Source: Gammaproteobacteria bacterium
GTDB lineage: Bacteria > Pseudomonadota > Gammaproteobacteria > Eutrophobiales > Eutrophobiaceae
Direction: 5' to 3'
DNA: 64,000 nucleotides
Assembly (NCBI GenBank): GCA_965222155.1
Contig: CBDCTH010000012.1
Coordinates: forward strand, 1,856,001-1,920,000
Position 1 is the first letter of the stretch. Each line of letters opens with the position of its first letter. The translations under genes were made by a program, and so were the position numbers. Shown here piece by piece: positions 30,032-39,774 of the stretch. A model generated the notes under the pieces. It was not told the DNA's origin, did no database searches, and worked only from the letters and a program-made list of their open reading frames with translations.

Positions 30032-30235
30032 TTATTCCAGTTCGTTAACAACAACATTCTCATCCAAACTCCGTAATAACTCAATCCACCTGTCAACGTA
30101 TTCCTTATCCGAAGGCACAGGCGCTTCGCCTGCTTCGAGTTCACCGCTCATTATGGCTTCTACCACCAGCGAAACCGGAATAGAGACCAGTCTTGCCATG
30201 GCTGATCCTGCGTCGTTGCCGGCGCTGTCCAGCGA
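30032..30235 (-). pseudogene. C-terminal remnant of a saccharopine dehydrogenase-like gene
   Basis: Manual translation SLDSAGNDAGSAMARLVSIPVSLVVEAIMSGEL...NELE*; 5' part absent, hicB abuts. Confidence 0.55.
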
Positions 30236-30248
30236 TTAACCGCAACGG

Positions 30249-30578
30249 CTACCTCATGGCCTGCTCAATGGACCGTTTGACAAACTCATTCAGGTTGAGA
30301 TTGTTTTTTTTCGCTGTTATAAGTGCCTGCCTGTGCAATTCCGGACCAATACGGACATTAAATGAGCCTTTGCACGGTTTGGCGGGTTCCCTGCCAAGCT
30401 TTTCACAATCCAGCAGATAATCGTCAACCGCGTCCTTGAACGCCTGTTCCAGTTCTTCAATGTCTTGACCTTCATAGCTGACCAGCGGTTCGATGAATTC
30501 CAGTTTCCCGTACAGACAATTATCCTCTATGCTGGCTTGTGCAGAACCATAAAAGCCTTTGTATTTGAATAAACTCAT
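30249..30578 (-). CDS. hicB: HicB family antitoxin
   Basis: YKGFYGS, FKDAVDDYL, KGSFNVRIGPELH. Confidence 0.92.
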   Translation of the reverse strand: MSLFKYKGFYGSAQASIEDNCLYGKLEFIEPLVSYEGQDIEELEQAFKDAVDDYLLDCEKLGREPAKPCKGSFNVRIGPELHRQALITAKKNNLNLNEFVKRSIEQAMR

Positions 30579-30823
30579 AACAATTTCGCCCGTGACAATT
30601 TGTCTACGACCAATTTGATTGCATATCGTTTTACCTGGTTGTACGGGTGTGGACGATGCAAGTTGATAGTATCGTCCGGGTCACCGTTATCGAATTTTAC
30701 TCTTGAACCATCTCCCTTAATCTCCCTGTATCCCAGTGATTTCAATAATGTGACTAACTCTTTCCAGGTAACAGCTTGTTTGCCATCCAACAATTTGGCT
30801 TTCAACCTATCACGCCTTCCCAT
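30575..30823 (-). CDS. hicA: HicA family toxin
   Basis: WKELVTLLKSLGY, GSRVKF, LHRPHP; ATGA overlap with hicB. Confidence 0.92.
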   Translation of the reverse strand: MGRRDRLKAKLLDGKQAVTWKELVTLLKSLGYREIKGDGSRVKFDNGDPDDTINLHRPHPYNQVKRYAIKLVVDKLSRAKLL

Positions 30824-30947
30824 AGCTGGAATATATCAAGTGACAGTGTTAAATGCAACTGATAGTCAGTTGCATTGGAGTATAAATGCAGCAAATATCA
30901 GTGATAATCAGGCTCCCTGAATGAGCAACAGAAACAGGTGTCATTAC

Positions 30948-33900
30948 TCATTCTTCAGCCGGTTGTAGAGGGGTAACCGGAAGTTTATCTATTTCCGCCA
31001 CGATGTCAGCAGTCTTTATCAGAGCGACAATAATTCTCTGGTAATGCATAAGGTCATCTGATGTCAGTTTTCGGCCTATGCGATCTTTGAGCCATTTTTG
31101 TGCGGGCTGGTATCCGCCTATGTAATGTTCCCAGGCTATCCTGGGAACACCCTCAAAATATTGTGTATCGTTGATATGCACATTACCGGTAGGATCATTC
31201 GGCTTCCTGCTTTTAAAATCGATTTTTTCAACATTATTGCTGCCTGGGATGTTGTAGCCGGTAACCAGTTGCCGGAGAGCTGGACTTTCCATTAAATGAA
31301 GCGCGCGCAATTCACTTCCTGATATGACCAATCTCCAGAACAACCCTTTGTCAGTGGGACAGGGCACTTTCGGAAAATCCGTTTTCAGGAACTCCTTGTA
31401 GCGTTTCCGATACGCGGGTGAGTGCAGAACTGCATACACATAGTCCAGTATGTCAACCGGGGCGAAGCTGACATCATCTTCCTGTTTTTCGGGTGTAAAG
31501 CGCAGCCCGAGACTGTCCTCAATGGATTCAACAATGCTTTGCTCCAGATTGGAAATTCGCTCCTTTTCAATGTGTTGTTGGACGGTATCTGGATAAATAT
31601 AGAGAGGGAAACCGGAGCTTATTTCACTCGTTTTATTTGAAACCAGAGAAGATTCAAAAATATTTTTTGTAATGAACACATGTTGGTAATGTTTGAATGA
31701 TTTGAACTGCTTGCAAAGCATTAATCCTACATTTTCCCTTATGTCCTCCTCGCTGAGGAAATGCTGCATCACTTCACCGCGAGGCATACAATGAAATCCT
31801 TTTGAATTTCCCGTGTAGTATGTATATCGGGTATCAAAGGGACGATAGTTGATTGCTAAAGCTTCGTCGTTGCCCTTAGCGAAAATGTTATCTTCCAAAT
31901 CCTGTCTTGCCATAGCGACTTTCCAATCCCTGACATCACTACCAAGTGAAAATCTGGCGCGAGCTGTTTCATCATCCATGGCACGAAATTCAGCAATTGC
32001 TGCCTTCAATTCCTGTGGCGTATGATAAATTGTAAAATCATCTCGGGCAGTTACAATGCCGACAGAATTTGTCGGAAACAGTTCGGTAAGACGTATGCCT
32101 TTGTCATACTCGGCCTGTAACCTATAGTCCTTTGGCACAAAGAAATACTGGGGTGGTTGAGGTTCGAGTTCCCTGAAGTCAATTCGGGGCAGGTCGTGAT
32201 CCCACAAAAACTGATATTTCTCCTCCCGGGTCCCATACAGATCGTAATGGGCTACCTGGGCCAACGCACCTTCATTTTTCTTACCGGTCTTGATGAACAG
32301 GTTAATAGATACACCTTGCTGTATGTCAAACACATTCTTGTCGGCTGAGCCATCAGGCGCGACCTCCTTCTTCTTGCTGTTGCCGTGCAAATCTATGATG
32401 TAAATCTCGTCGAAACTCTGTAACAGACTCCAGCGCATACCGCGAAAGGTCGGGTTGTCCAGAAAGCTGTGGTTAGTTATGTAGGCAAGCACGCCTTCAC
32501 CCGTTCGGTCGATATAGTATTGACCGTACCGGATGAATTTGACATAGTCATCATTCAGCCACTTGGGATTTTTTTCCTGTAATCTGCCGCCGCCCGGTTC
32601 CCTCTTGTAGGCCTGCAACAAGCGGGTAATCCATTCTCCCTTGTTGGCCGATTCCCCGCTATAGGGCGGGTTGCCAATCACGACCATTACCGGTGTTTTG
32701 AGCTTGATAGAGTCAGCTGCCTTGGCTTCGGCAGCAAGCCATTGAGAAAACATGGCGCCTCTATCGTGTTTATGTTCTTCCAGCGAGTTAGTAAGGAAAA
32801 TGCGCAGACGTCTATTCTCTGTTTCGCAGCCGGTATCACGCAGTACCATTTCCAGTTTGGTATGCGCCATTGCGTATGAAGCCATTAATATCTCAAATCC
32901 GTTGAGGCGCGGTATCAAATCAGAAATCACATAGCCTGGCCAGATTCCTTTCTGGTTGGCAAACCGCGTCTGATAAATGTACTGGACGATGTTAGACAGG
33001 AAGGTGCCGGTCCCGGTGGCAGGGTCAAGGATTTGTACCCGGTGTACTTCCCGTTTACTAATTTTATTCTCTCCTTGTTCGGATGAGCTTGTAGAGGTCG
33101 GAGTATCCACTTCAATGACGGTCTTGCTGGTGTCAGCCAGGCCCTGAGGCAGACCAAATCTGGTCTGCAAAATCTCATCCACCGCACGAACCATGAAGTT
33201 CACCACGGGTTCGGGCGTATAGTAAACTCCTCGGCTCTTACGCAATTTCGGGTTATACTTGGCGAGGAAGGTCTCGTAAAAATGCAGGAACGGGTCATTG
33301 CGTTGGGTGGCTTTCCCGTAATCCTTCATCAGTTCACCCACGTCAACTGCGCAGAAAAGGTCAGCAAGATCATCAACGAGCCAACTGATACGGGAATCGA
33401 GGTCGTAACCCGCTATGTACTGGAAAAACCTGCGCAGAAAGGGATTGGCTGCCGGAATCAATTCTGCGGCTTCATGGCGCGTGAAGGTATCCGGTGTAGT
33501 GTCATGGAGGCGAGCTGAGAACAGGCCATAGGCGATGGTTTGAGCATAAATATCAGCAAACGTAGCCGGATCAAGATCATGTATCAGGCGTTCTTTAAAC
33601 GCATTCAACTGGCTTAATAACTCGTCGTCCATTTCACTGATTTCATCACTCAGGCCAAGACTGTCGTTTTCCTGGTCAAGCGCATTCTTTATCACCCCTG
33701 CCAACATCCGTGTTTTTGCCGCCATATGTTTGGCAAGATTGTTTGCAGATGTGATGGTCTGACCCTGGTAGCCCCAGAAGGCATTAAGGAGAGCGGCTAA
33801 GCCATCAAAGCGTTGAGGCGTCTGTTTGACCTTTCCACCTGCGACTGTACCAATACTGACTGTAGTGATTAGCTCTCCATCACGGACCAGGCGAAACTCC

Positions 33901-34235
33901 AGATAGTTGGAAAAAATCAGGTTGCCAAGTGATTCTCGGTAGCGACTGAATTGCTCTTTGAATCCGGCATCATCCAGATTTTTATCAAGGTCTTTGGCTT
34001 CAATGTAACCTCGCGGGATGTTGTTGTGACTCAGAACAAAATCCGGTGCGCCGCACTCTATTTGTCTCGGTTCATTAGTGACGTTCGCTTCAGGCAGTAC
34101 AGCTTGGAGGAGATTTTGAAAGGCAGGCCGATAAGTATGCTCGGTAGCGTTGCCTTTAGCATACGAATCAGATAACGATTTCAAATAACTTTTTATTGCT
34201 GTTTGAAGTGTTTTATCGGCCATAAAAGCTTTCAT
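30948..34235 (-). CDS. N6-adenine DNA methyltransferase with N-terminal nuclease-like motif and type ISP-like specificity domain (single-chain R-M)
   Basis: PDF...YIEAK, GVYYTP, LDPATGTGTF, GNPPY, YRPFD, IGGYQPAQKWLKDR; start 34235 or 34223. Confidence 0.88.
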   Translation of the reverse strand: MKAFMADKTLQTAIKSYLKSLSDSYAKGNATEHTYRPAFQNLLQAVLPEANVTNEPRQIECGAPDFVLSHNNIPRGYIEAKDLDKNLDDAGFKEQFSRYRESLGNLIFSNYLEFRLVRDGELITTVSIGTVAGGKVKQTPQRFDGLAALLNAFWGYQGQTITSANNLAKHMAAKTRMLAGVIKNALDQENDSLGLSDEISEMDDELLSQLNAFKERLIHDLDPATFADIYAQTIAYGLFSARLHDTTPDTFTRHEAAELIPAANPFLRRFFQYIAGYDLDSRISWLVDDLADLFCAVDVGELMKDYGKATQRNDPFLHFYETFLAKYNPKLRKSRGVYYTPEPVVNFMVRAVDEILQTRFGLPQGLADTSKTVIEVDTPTSTSSSEQGENKISKREVHRVQILDPATGTGTFLSNIVQYIYQTRFANQKGIWPGYVISDLIPRLNGFEILMASYAMAHTKLEMVLRDTGCETENRRLRIFLTNSLEEHKHDRGAMFSQWLAAEAKAADSIKLKTPVMVVIGNPPYSGESANKGEWITRLLQAYKREPGGGRLQEKNPKWLNDDYVKFIRYGQYYIDRTGEGVLAYITNHSFLDNPTFRGMRWSLLQSFDEIYIIDLHGNSKKKEVAPDGSADKNVFDIQQGVSINLFIKTGKKNEGALAQVAHYDLYGTREEKYQFLWDHDLPRIDFRELEPQPPQYFFVPKDYRLQAEYDKGIRLTELFPTNSVGIVTARDDFTIYHTPQELKAAIAEFRAMDDETARARFSLGSDVRDWKVAMARQDLEDNIFAKGNDEALAINYRPFDTRYTYYTGNSKGFHCMPRGEVMQHFLSEEDIRENVGLMLCKQFKSFKHYQHVFITKNIFESSLVSNKTSEISSGFPLYIYPDTVQQHIEKERISNLEQSIVESIEDSLGLRFTPEKQEDDVSFAPVDILDYVYAVLHSPAYRKRYKEFLKTDFPKVPCPTDKGLFWRLVISGSELRALHLMESPALRQLVTGYNIPGSNNVEKIDFKSRKPNDPTGNVHINDTQYFEGVPRIAWEHYIGGYQPAQKWLKDRIGRKLTSDDLMHYQRIIVALIKTADIVAEIDKLPVTPLQPAEE

Positions 34236-34332
34236 CTTCTTCGTTATCTTATTGCTTGCGGCCTGACGAAATAAATGGCCCGGATTATTTTTATCCTTAC
34301 CGATACACAGGTAACAGCAGTTCCCGCTAACG

Positions 34333-34385
34333 CCCGGGATCGAGGGCATCCTGCCCTCGTGGAGAGCGAGACGCCCTCCCTCCCA
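34333..34385. repeat. REP-like doublet
   Basis: GGGATCGAGGGCATCCTGCCCTC ... GAGAGCGAGACGCCCTCCCTCCC. Confidence 0.55.
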
Positions 34386-34404
34386 GAGAAAAATACCCCC
34401 TTAT

Positions 34405-34469
34405 GGTCAGAGTATGCCCGAATCCGGCAAGAATCACTCTATTGATCTAGATTTAGCGGGAGCACCTGC
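34405..34469 (+). repeat. 65-bp direct repeat, copy 2
   Basis: Matches 19395-19459 at offset 15010. Confidence 0.9.
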
Positions 34470-34536
34470 ACAGGTAACAGATTATATCGGAGACATAGGT
34501 TACATAATATAAGGGGAAGGCGGTTACGCTTCGCAA

Positions 34537-35838
34537 TCAACTCGCCGGCCAACTGAATGCTCTCACCGCACCTTCCGACACGGATAGTTCACACTTCACC
34601 ATTTCCCCTTTGCGTATAATGACCGGAAGCGCCGCGCCGTTCTGTTCCATCAAGGAAATATCTTCCAGGGGATTGCCGTTGACTACCAGCAGGTCGGCAA
34701 ACGCGCCTTCCCTGATACATCCCAGCCTGTCGGGTTCCATCAATATCTCGGCATTAACCGCCGTGGCTTGATGCAGTATTTCAAACGGCGCAAATACCTG
34801 CTTCCTGATAGCAAATTCAGTGCATTGCCGCACATGCTGCGCGCCGAGCAGGTCCGTGCCCAGACCCATTTTTACACCGGCATCACGCATAATTTCCAGG
34901 CCATTCATGGCTTGTCCGTAAATCATCCGGATTTTTTCCTGACTCGCAGGCGGCAGACCATATTTGGCGCCTTCTTCATACAGTGCATTCAGCACTGCAA
35001 AAGTAGGCACAACGTAGGCGCCCTGGCCGGCCACATAGTCTGCTGTTTCCCTGTCAATCAGGGTTGCATGTTCAATGCAGCGCACGCCGAACTCAACGCA
35101 ACGCCTGACGGCCTCAGTCGGATGACAATGTGCGGACACGTAGGTTTCCTGCCGCGTGCATTCATCCACTGCAGCACGAATCTCATCTTCGGTAAACTGT
35201 GTATGATGCAAGGGATCATTGGGACTGACCACGCCACCCGATCCCATTATCTTGATGCAATGAGAACCTTTTCTTAATTCTTCCCGCACCGCACGGCGCA
35301 TTTCATACGGATCATCGACTATACGCGTCAGTTTGGTCGAATAGTTACCACAGGTACAAAGTTGTTCCGAGGGGTCCACTTCCCAGCCCGGGCGCATATC
35401 TCCGTGTCCTCCTGTTTGTGACATGATCTTCCCGGCATAATAAAAACGTGGGGCGCGCACAAGTCTGTGATCTATAGCACGTGAGATACCGACATCACCG
35501 CCGCCAATATCGCGTATCGTGGTAAATCCACGTTGCAAGGTCGCATTCAAAAAAACATTGGCATACTGGGCAATATACGTCTCCGGCATCCTGGACAATG
35601 CAGTCGTATCCAGGGTAGGTATGTTTACATGGATGTGATTATCTATCATACCCGGCATAACGGTGCGGCCTTCGGCATCGACCACGTGATGCTTACCATT
35701 GCTGATATCACTCGTAGAAATTTCCTTGATCTCACCATTCGCCAACAGGATATTTGTTCGATCCGACAAATCCGGATTATGTCCGTCAAATATATGCGCG
35801 TTTTTTATAAGTATCGATTCAGTGGTCATATCAGTCAC
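34537..35838 (-). CDS. Metal-dependent amidohydrolase (prolidase-like subgroup)
   Basis: PGMIDNHIH, GFTTIRD, TGGHGD, IKIMGSGGV, AH, IEH, GTD. Confidence 0.92.
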   Translation of the reverse strand: MTDMTTESILIKNAHIFDGHNPDLSDRTNILLANGEIKEISTSDISNGKHHVVDAEGRTVMPGMIDNHIHVNIPTLDTTALSRMPETYIAQYANVFLNATLQRGFTTIRDIGGGDVGISRAIDHRLVRAPRFYYAGKIMSQTGGHGDMRPGWEVDPSEQLCTCGNYSTKLTRIVDDPYEMRRAVREELRKGSHCIKIMGSGGVVSPNDPLHHTQFTEDEIRAAVDECTRQETYVSAHCHPTEAVRRCVEFGVRCIEHATLIDRETADYVAGQGAYVVPTFAVLNALYEEGAKYGLPPASQEKIRMIYGQAMNGLEIMRDAGVKMGLGTDLLGAQHVRQCTEFAIRKQVFAPFEILHQATAVNAEILMEPDRLGCIREGAFADLLVVNGNPLEDISLMEQNGAALPVIIRKGEMVKCELSVSEGAVRAFSWPAS

Positions 35839-35844
35839 CTGTCT

Positions 35845-36705
35845 TCATTTTCGGGCCAATCTAAAGTCATAAAGATCATCAGCATTGATTGGAATGTCTC
35901 TGCCCTGCTCCGCACTCAGGGTATTTAACGCCGCCTGCAGCGTCTCCGGGTCTGTATATCCGTCCGCTGTGTAACACGGCAAAATCAACTCGTAGGTTTT
36001 TTCGGCAACCTCATCCGAGACGCCCATTACATCTGCCAGGATGGGATAGATTTCAGCGGGTGAATGGTGGATTACAGCCAGGCTGCGCCGGTAGGCGTTT
36101 ACCAATCCTTCCACCAGGGCCGGATCTGCCTGCGCAATCGTTTCGGTGGTGGCTATACCGGTGGTAACAAAGGTAATCTCGTCACCCAGCAAGGTCAGCA
36201 TGTTCAGGCCCAGCCATTGTATCTTCACCGGTGAGATGGCGGAGCTGATCACCGCTGCGTCCACGGCGCCTTCGCGCAGCAGACCCAGGCGGGCTACATC
36301 ATCTCGCGCAGCCAGCATCTCGACGTCATTATCCGGATCAAGTCCGTGATTGCGCAGGGCGATGCGGTTGAACCAGTATGGCGGGGCCGGCGCAGGATAA
36401 GTGGCGATGCGCTTGCCGGCGAGCTGCTCAACGGCAGCTATTCCCGCTCCTGCGTATAACCAGAACATCGGTTTGATCGTGGCAACCAGAAAAATCCTGA
36501 AAGGCACAGTCCGGGACTGAAACGCGGCAGCGCAGGCAACCTGAAAAAAATCCGCATCGGGAAGTTTGTCATCGGGGATAAAGGTTGTATCAACCAGTCG
36601 AACGTCCAGGCCCGCAGCAGCATAAAAACCGCAACGTTTGGCGACAAAATGGCAAAGCAGTTCATGGATATCAAATGCCTTGATGCCGCATTTAACGGTT
36701 TTCAT
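35845..36705 (-). CDS. SsuA/NMT1-THI5-like substrate-binding-fold protein, no signal peptide
   Basis: GFYAAAGLDV, LAGKRIA, GLDPDNDV, GAVDAA. Confidence 0.75.
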   Translation of the reverse strand: MKTVKCGIKAFDIHELLCHFVAKRCGFYAAAGLDVRLVDTTFIPDDKLPDADFFQVACAAAFQSRTVPFRIFLVATIKPMFWLYAGAGIAAVEQLAGKRIATYPAPAPPYWFNRIALRNHGLDPDNDVEMLAARDDVARLGLLREGAVDAAVISSAISPVKIQWLGLNMLTLLGDEITFVTTGIATTETIAQADPALVEGLVNAYRRSLAVIHHSPAEIYPILADVMGVSDEVAEKTYELILPCYTADGYTDPETLQAALNTLSAEQGRDIPINADDLYDFRLARK

Positions 36706-36828
36706 TTGCCTTTTTTGCCGCAGAGGACACAGAGATCATGGAGTGTTGGCATGGCAAAACCATGACAGGTTTGGAAAGGGTTTTCAAGTTAAGATACTAT
36801 GTTATGTAATACACATGGGGGTCTTCGC

Positions 36829-38138
36829 ATGAAACAACTGCTTTCTCCAATTATCCTCATCATCTCCCTGCAATCGGCGATCGCGGCAGAACCGCCACTT
36901 TACCCCTATCCTGCCCCTCAGGATATTACCCTTGAAGACATCACACCTGCTGCCATGGCTAATCTCAAGCAGCCTGGTTACGTACCAGGCATGCAGGCCG
37001 GGGAAAAGGTGCTGATTGTCACTGATCGTTCCGTTGATCCATTAACTGCAGAAGCCTTCTATGTGGCGGCATGGCGACTTGGCGCCGCTCAGGTGGACAC
37101 GATTATGCTGCAAGGCCATCTGGACGTCACCGACCCTACCGAACTCGTCTTCGAAATCTTCGAGAAAGATCCATGGCCGCAATGGGTCTGGGACGCCGCG
37201 GCCGGTTATGACCGGGTTATACCGCTGTCTTTTATCAATCCGGTTAACCTGATGGCAGCCGTCAACGTTCCTGGCACCGGTTGGAAAAACAAATGGGCCC
37301 ACGATACCGATACCGTGTTTCACATGCTCTGGAACACGCACCAACAGCGGCAACGCCTTGCCGCCAACAAGGATTATCCCGATGAACTTGTCTGGGCGTT
37401 AATCCGCAAAGGGTATGACACCATGCGCAAGGGCAGGGAATTCCACCTGACGGATCCTAATGGCACGGACTTGAGGTGGAGCCTGGATGAGCAGATGTGG
37501 AACCGATATAACGAACTCTGGGGTAATATCGTCAACAACCATTCCCCGCGCCTGCACCTGAGTGACAACCCGGATATGCAGGGCGTATTCGTATCCGACC
37601 ACCTGCATTCAGGCAGGATCCCCACGATTGAACTCACCATCGATAAGGGCAAGGTCGTCAAGGTCACAGGAGGCGGTAGGATGGGCGATTATCTGCGCAC
37701 GGCGTTTGAGGAGTACAAGGACGTCCGCTACCCCCATTTCCCGGGTCCGGGAATAAACTGGGTCGAATATGCCGTATGGGGCTTCTACCCGGCCCCCGGT
37801 TACGAACCGTTACCGGACATCCCGGATATGGCCTGGTCCGGCAAGTGGTGGACCTACAACATCGACCTGAAAGCGGGTTTGTTTCACATTGCCGTCGGTA
37901 CGACGGCAGGCGGATTTACAGCGGAATTTACCAACGAGCACGGCTATCCTGTGCATCACAAGGATTTCGTGATTTATAGGCCGACGTTAACGGTAGATGG
38001 TGAATTAATCATCGACCCCGGCCATCCCACGGCACTGGATGACCCGGAAATCCGTGCCATCGCCGCGAAATACGGCGATCCGGACACACGCTGCTGAAAC
38101 AGCCCTGGAGTCCGGATCAAGACCCGCGTTTCAGGTAA
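36829..38138 (+). CDS. Secreted protein, possibly M29 aminopeptidase/NicX-like fold; 2-bp frameshift near the 3' end
   Basis: Signal peptide; GEKVLIVTD, TDPNGTDL, FHIAVG, HHKD...PTLTVDGELII; ACACAC at 38084-89 stops the ORF at 38097, while the duplicate copy shows the ending DTLLKQ.WSPDQDPRFR*. Confidence 0.6.
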
Positions 38139-38176
38139 TAATTGGCGCTTACCCCTCAGACCACGCGCTCGACCTG
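37885..38176 (+). repeat. ~290-bp diverged direct repeat, copy 1
   Basis: Aligns with 39485-39774; 22 mismatches in 190 nt counted by hand (~88%). Confidence 0.92.
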
Positions 38177-38273
38177 AGTTGCCGCTAACCCGGATAAAGT
38201 CAATATGAATATCAATTGATCTGGTGGCATATCACTCTATAATACCTGTGGTGACAGCGGGAACAATATCATC

Positions 38274-38609
38274 ATGAATGCCATCGCTCATAAAATTGAA
38301 ATCATCGAACAGAACGGCGGAATGCGCTCCAGAGATATTGCCGACATCCTCGGTTCCAGGCCTGAAACAGTATCCAGGTGAAATCAGGGTAAGGCATTCC
38401 CCCACCCGAAAACGGAGCAACTTCTGTCAGACCTGGAATACATCACAAACCAGTTGTCTGATCTATATAAACCTATGGAAGTCAAGCTCTGGTTATTCTC
38501 CAGGCAAAAACTACTACACGGTAAAAGACCGGTCGACTTGATAAGGCAAAGACAAACCGAATCCGTGATGAATGTACTCGACCAACTGCTTGATGGAACC
38601 TACGTATGA
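38274..38609 (+). pseudogene. Xre/MbcA/ParS-type antitoxin, nonsense TGA at 38379
   Basis: MNAIAHK...DIADILGSRPETVSR*NQGK...WLFSRQKLLHGKRPVDLI...LLDGTYV*; stop replaces the usual HTH Trp. Confidence 0.8.
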
Positions 38610-38624
38610 CAGGAATGCCCCATC

Positions 38625-39161
38625 TTGTCGCATGACCGTGAACTACTTGACCACCTCGCCAGTTTGGTTCCAGTCTCTTTCTCCGGCATGGTATAAAGAG
38701 CAGTACGGAAAAACCTGAAACCAATAATACCATCAAACGCAGGCGGGCGCTGGGGACCTCGGGGAGAAAACTCCATCCTGTATACCAGCCTCACGCGTGA
38801 AGGCGCGCTTGCGGAAATTATCCACCACTGGAGAATGTTGGACCCTCTGCCTTCAAAACCGATAACCTTGAGTACAATACAGGTAACAACAAACTCCACC
38901 CCCAAGTTGATTGAGGCTGATCTCACAAGTTCAGGCATAAACCTGGACAGGTACAGTCAATCTGATTACACCAGAACACAGGAAATTGGAGCAATAATCA
39001 ATTTCCTTAGCCATGATGGTCTGATAGCGCCCTCGGCACGTTGGGACTGTCTCAACCTGATGTTATTTTTCGACAATTTATCTGCCGATATGAGAGTTGA
39101 ATTGGTAACTACGGAACAAGTGGACTGGCAAACCTGGGGTAAGGAAAACGGCTTGCTGTAA
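38625..39161 (+). pseudogene. RES-domain toxin, nonsense TAA at 38694
   Basis: ...FSGMV*RAVR...GGRW...LYTS...ALAE...GLIAPSAR...NLMLF. Confidence 0.82.
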
Positions 39162-39352
39162 AAACTACCCGCTATCCTGCACCAAGTAAACAAGATATGG
39201 GAATGGATTAATTTTTACTCTACCATTCTATCCATATCCCTTTGTCTTGGAAAAATAAAGTTATTCCCTTTCCTTCACAATCATTTCACGCCGATTTCCA
39301 TTTTCGATTACATCTCCCCCAAGAGTCCTAATCTATACCGAATATTTGCCAT

Positions 39353-39480
39353 TAATTTATGGGTGTCCTGAATTTCACCGAATTTTATGGGTGTCCTAAA
39401 TTTCACTCATCCTAAATTTCACTCATTAATTTATGGGTGTCCTGAATTTCATCCTTAATTTATGGGTGTCCTGAATTTCA
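39353..39480 (-). repeat. Array of 4 TTTATGGGTGTCCT(G/A)AATTTCA units
   Basis: Reverse complement closely matches the 14579-14768 unit. Confidence 0.85.
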
Positions 39481-39484
39481 TGTA

Positions 39485-39774
39485 CACATTGCCGTCGGTA
39501 CGACGGCAGGCGGATTTACTACGGAATTTACCAACGGGCACGGCTATCCCGTACATCACAAGGATTTCGTGATCTATCGGCCGACGCTAACGGTCGATGG
39601 AGAATTGATCATCGATCGCGGCCATCTCACCGCACTGGATGACCCGGAGATACGCGCCGTCGCTGCCAGATACGGCGATCCGGACACCCTGCTGAAACAG
39701 CACTGGAGTCCGGATCAAGACCCGCGTTTCAGATAGTTACCGGCGTCTTCCGCTCAGGCTACGCGCTCGACCTG
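39485..39774 (+). repeat. ~290-bp diverged direct repeat, copy 2 (orphan gene 3' end)
   Basis: Encodes HIAVGTTAGGF...DPRFR* with no 5' gene; includes last codons of the convergent Mo-oxidoreductase. Confidence 0.92.

Noticed and set aside
38092-38097. TGC-TGA (Cys-Sec) ending of the 432-aa ORF
   Set aside because: The duplicate copy at 39485-39774 shows it arises from a 2-bp frameshift
38379-38381. In-frame TGA in the Xre antitoxin as selenocysteine
   Set aside because: Falls at a conserved Trp (TGG to TGA), no redox motif, and the partner toxin is also broken
39353-39480. Possible CRISPR array or iterons
   Set aside because: No unique spacers and no rep or cas gene; same family as the 14.6-kb array
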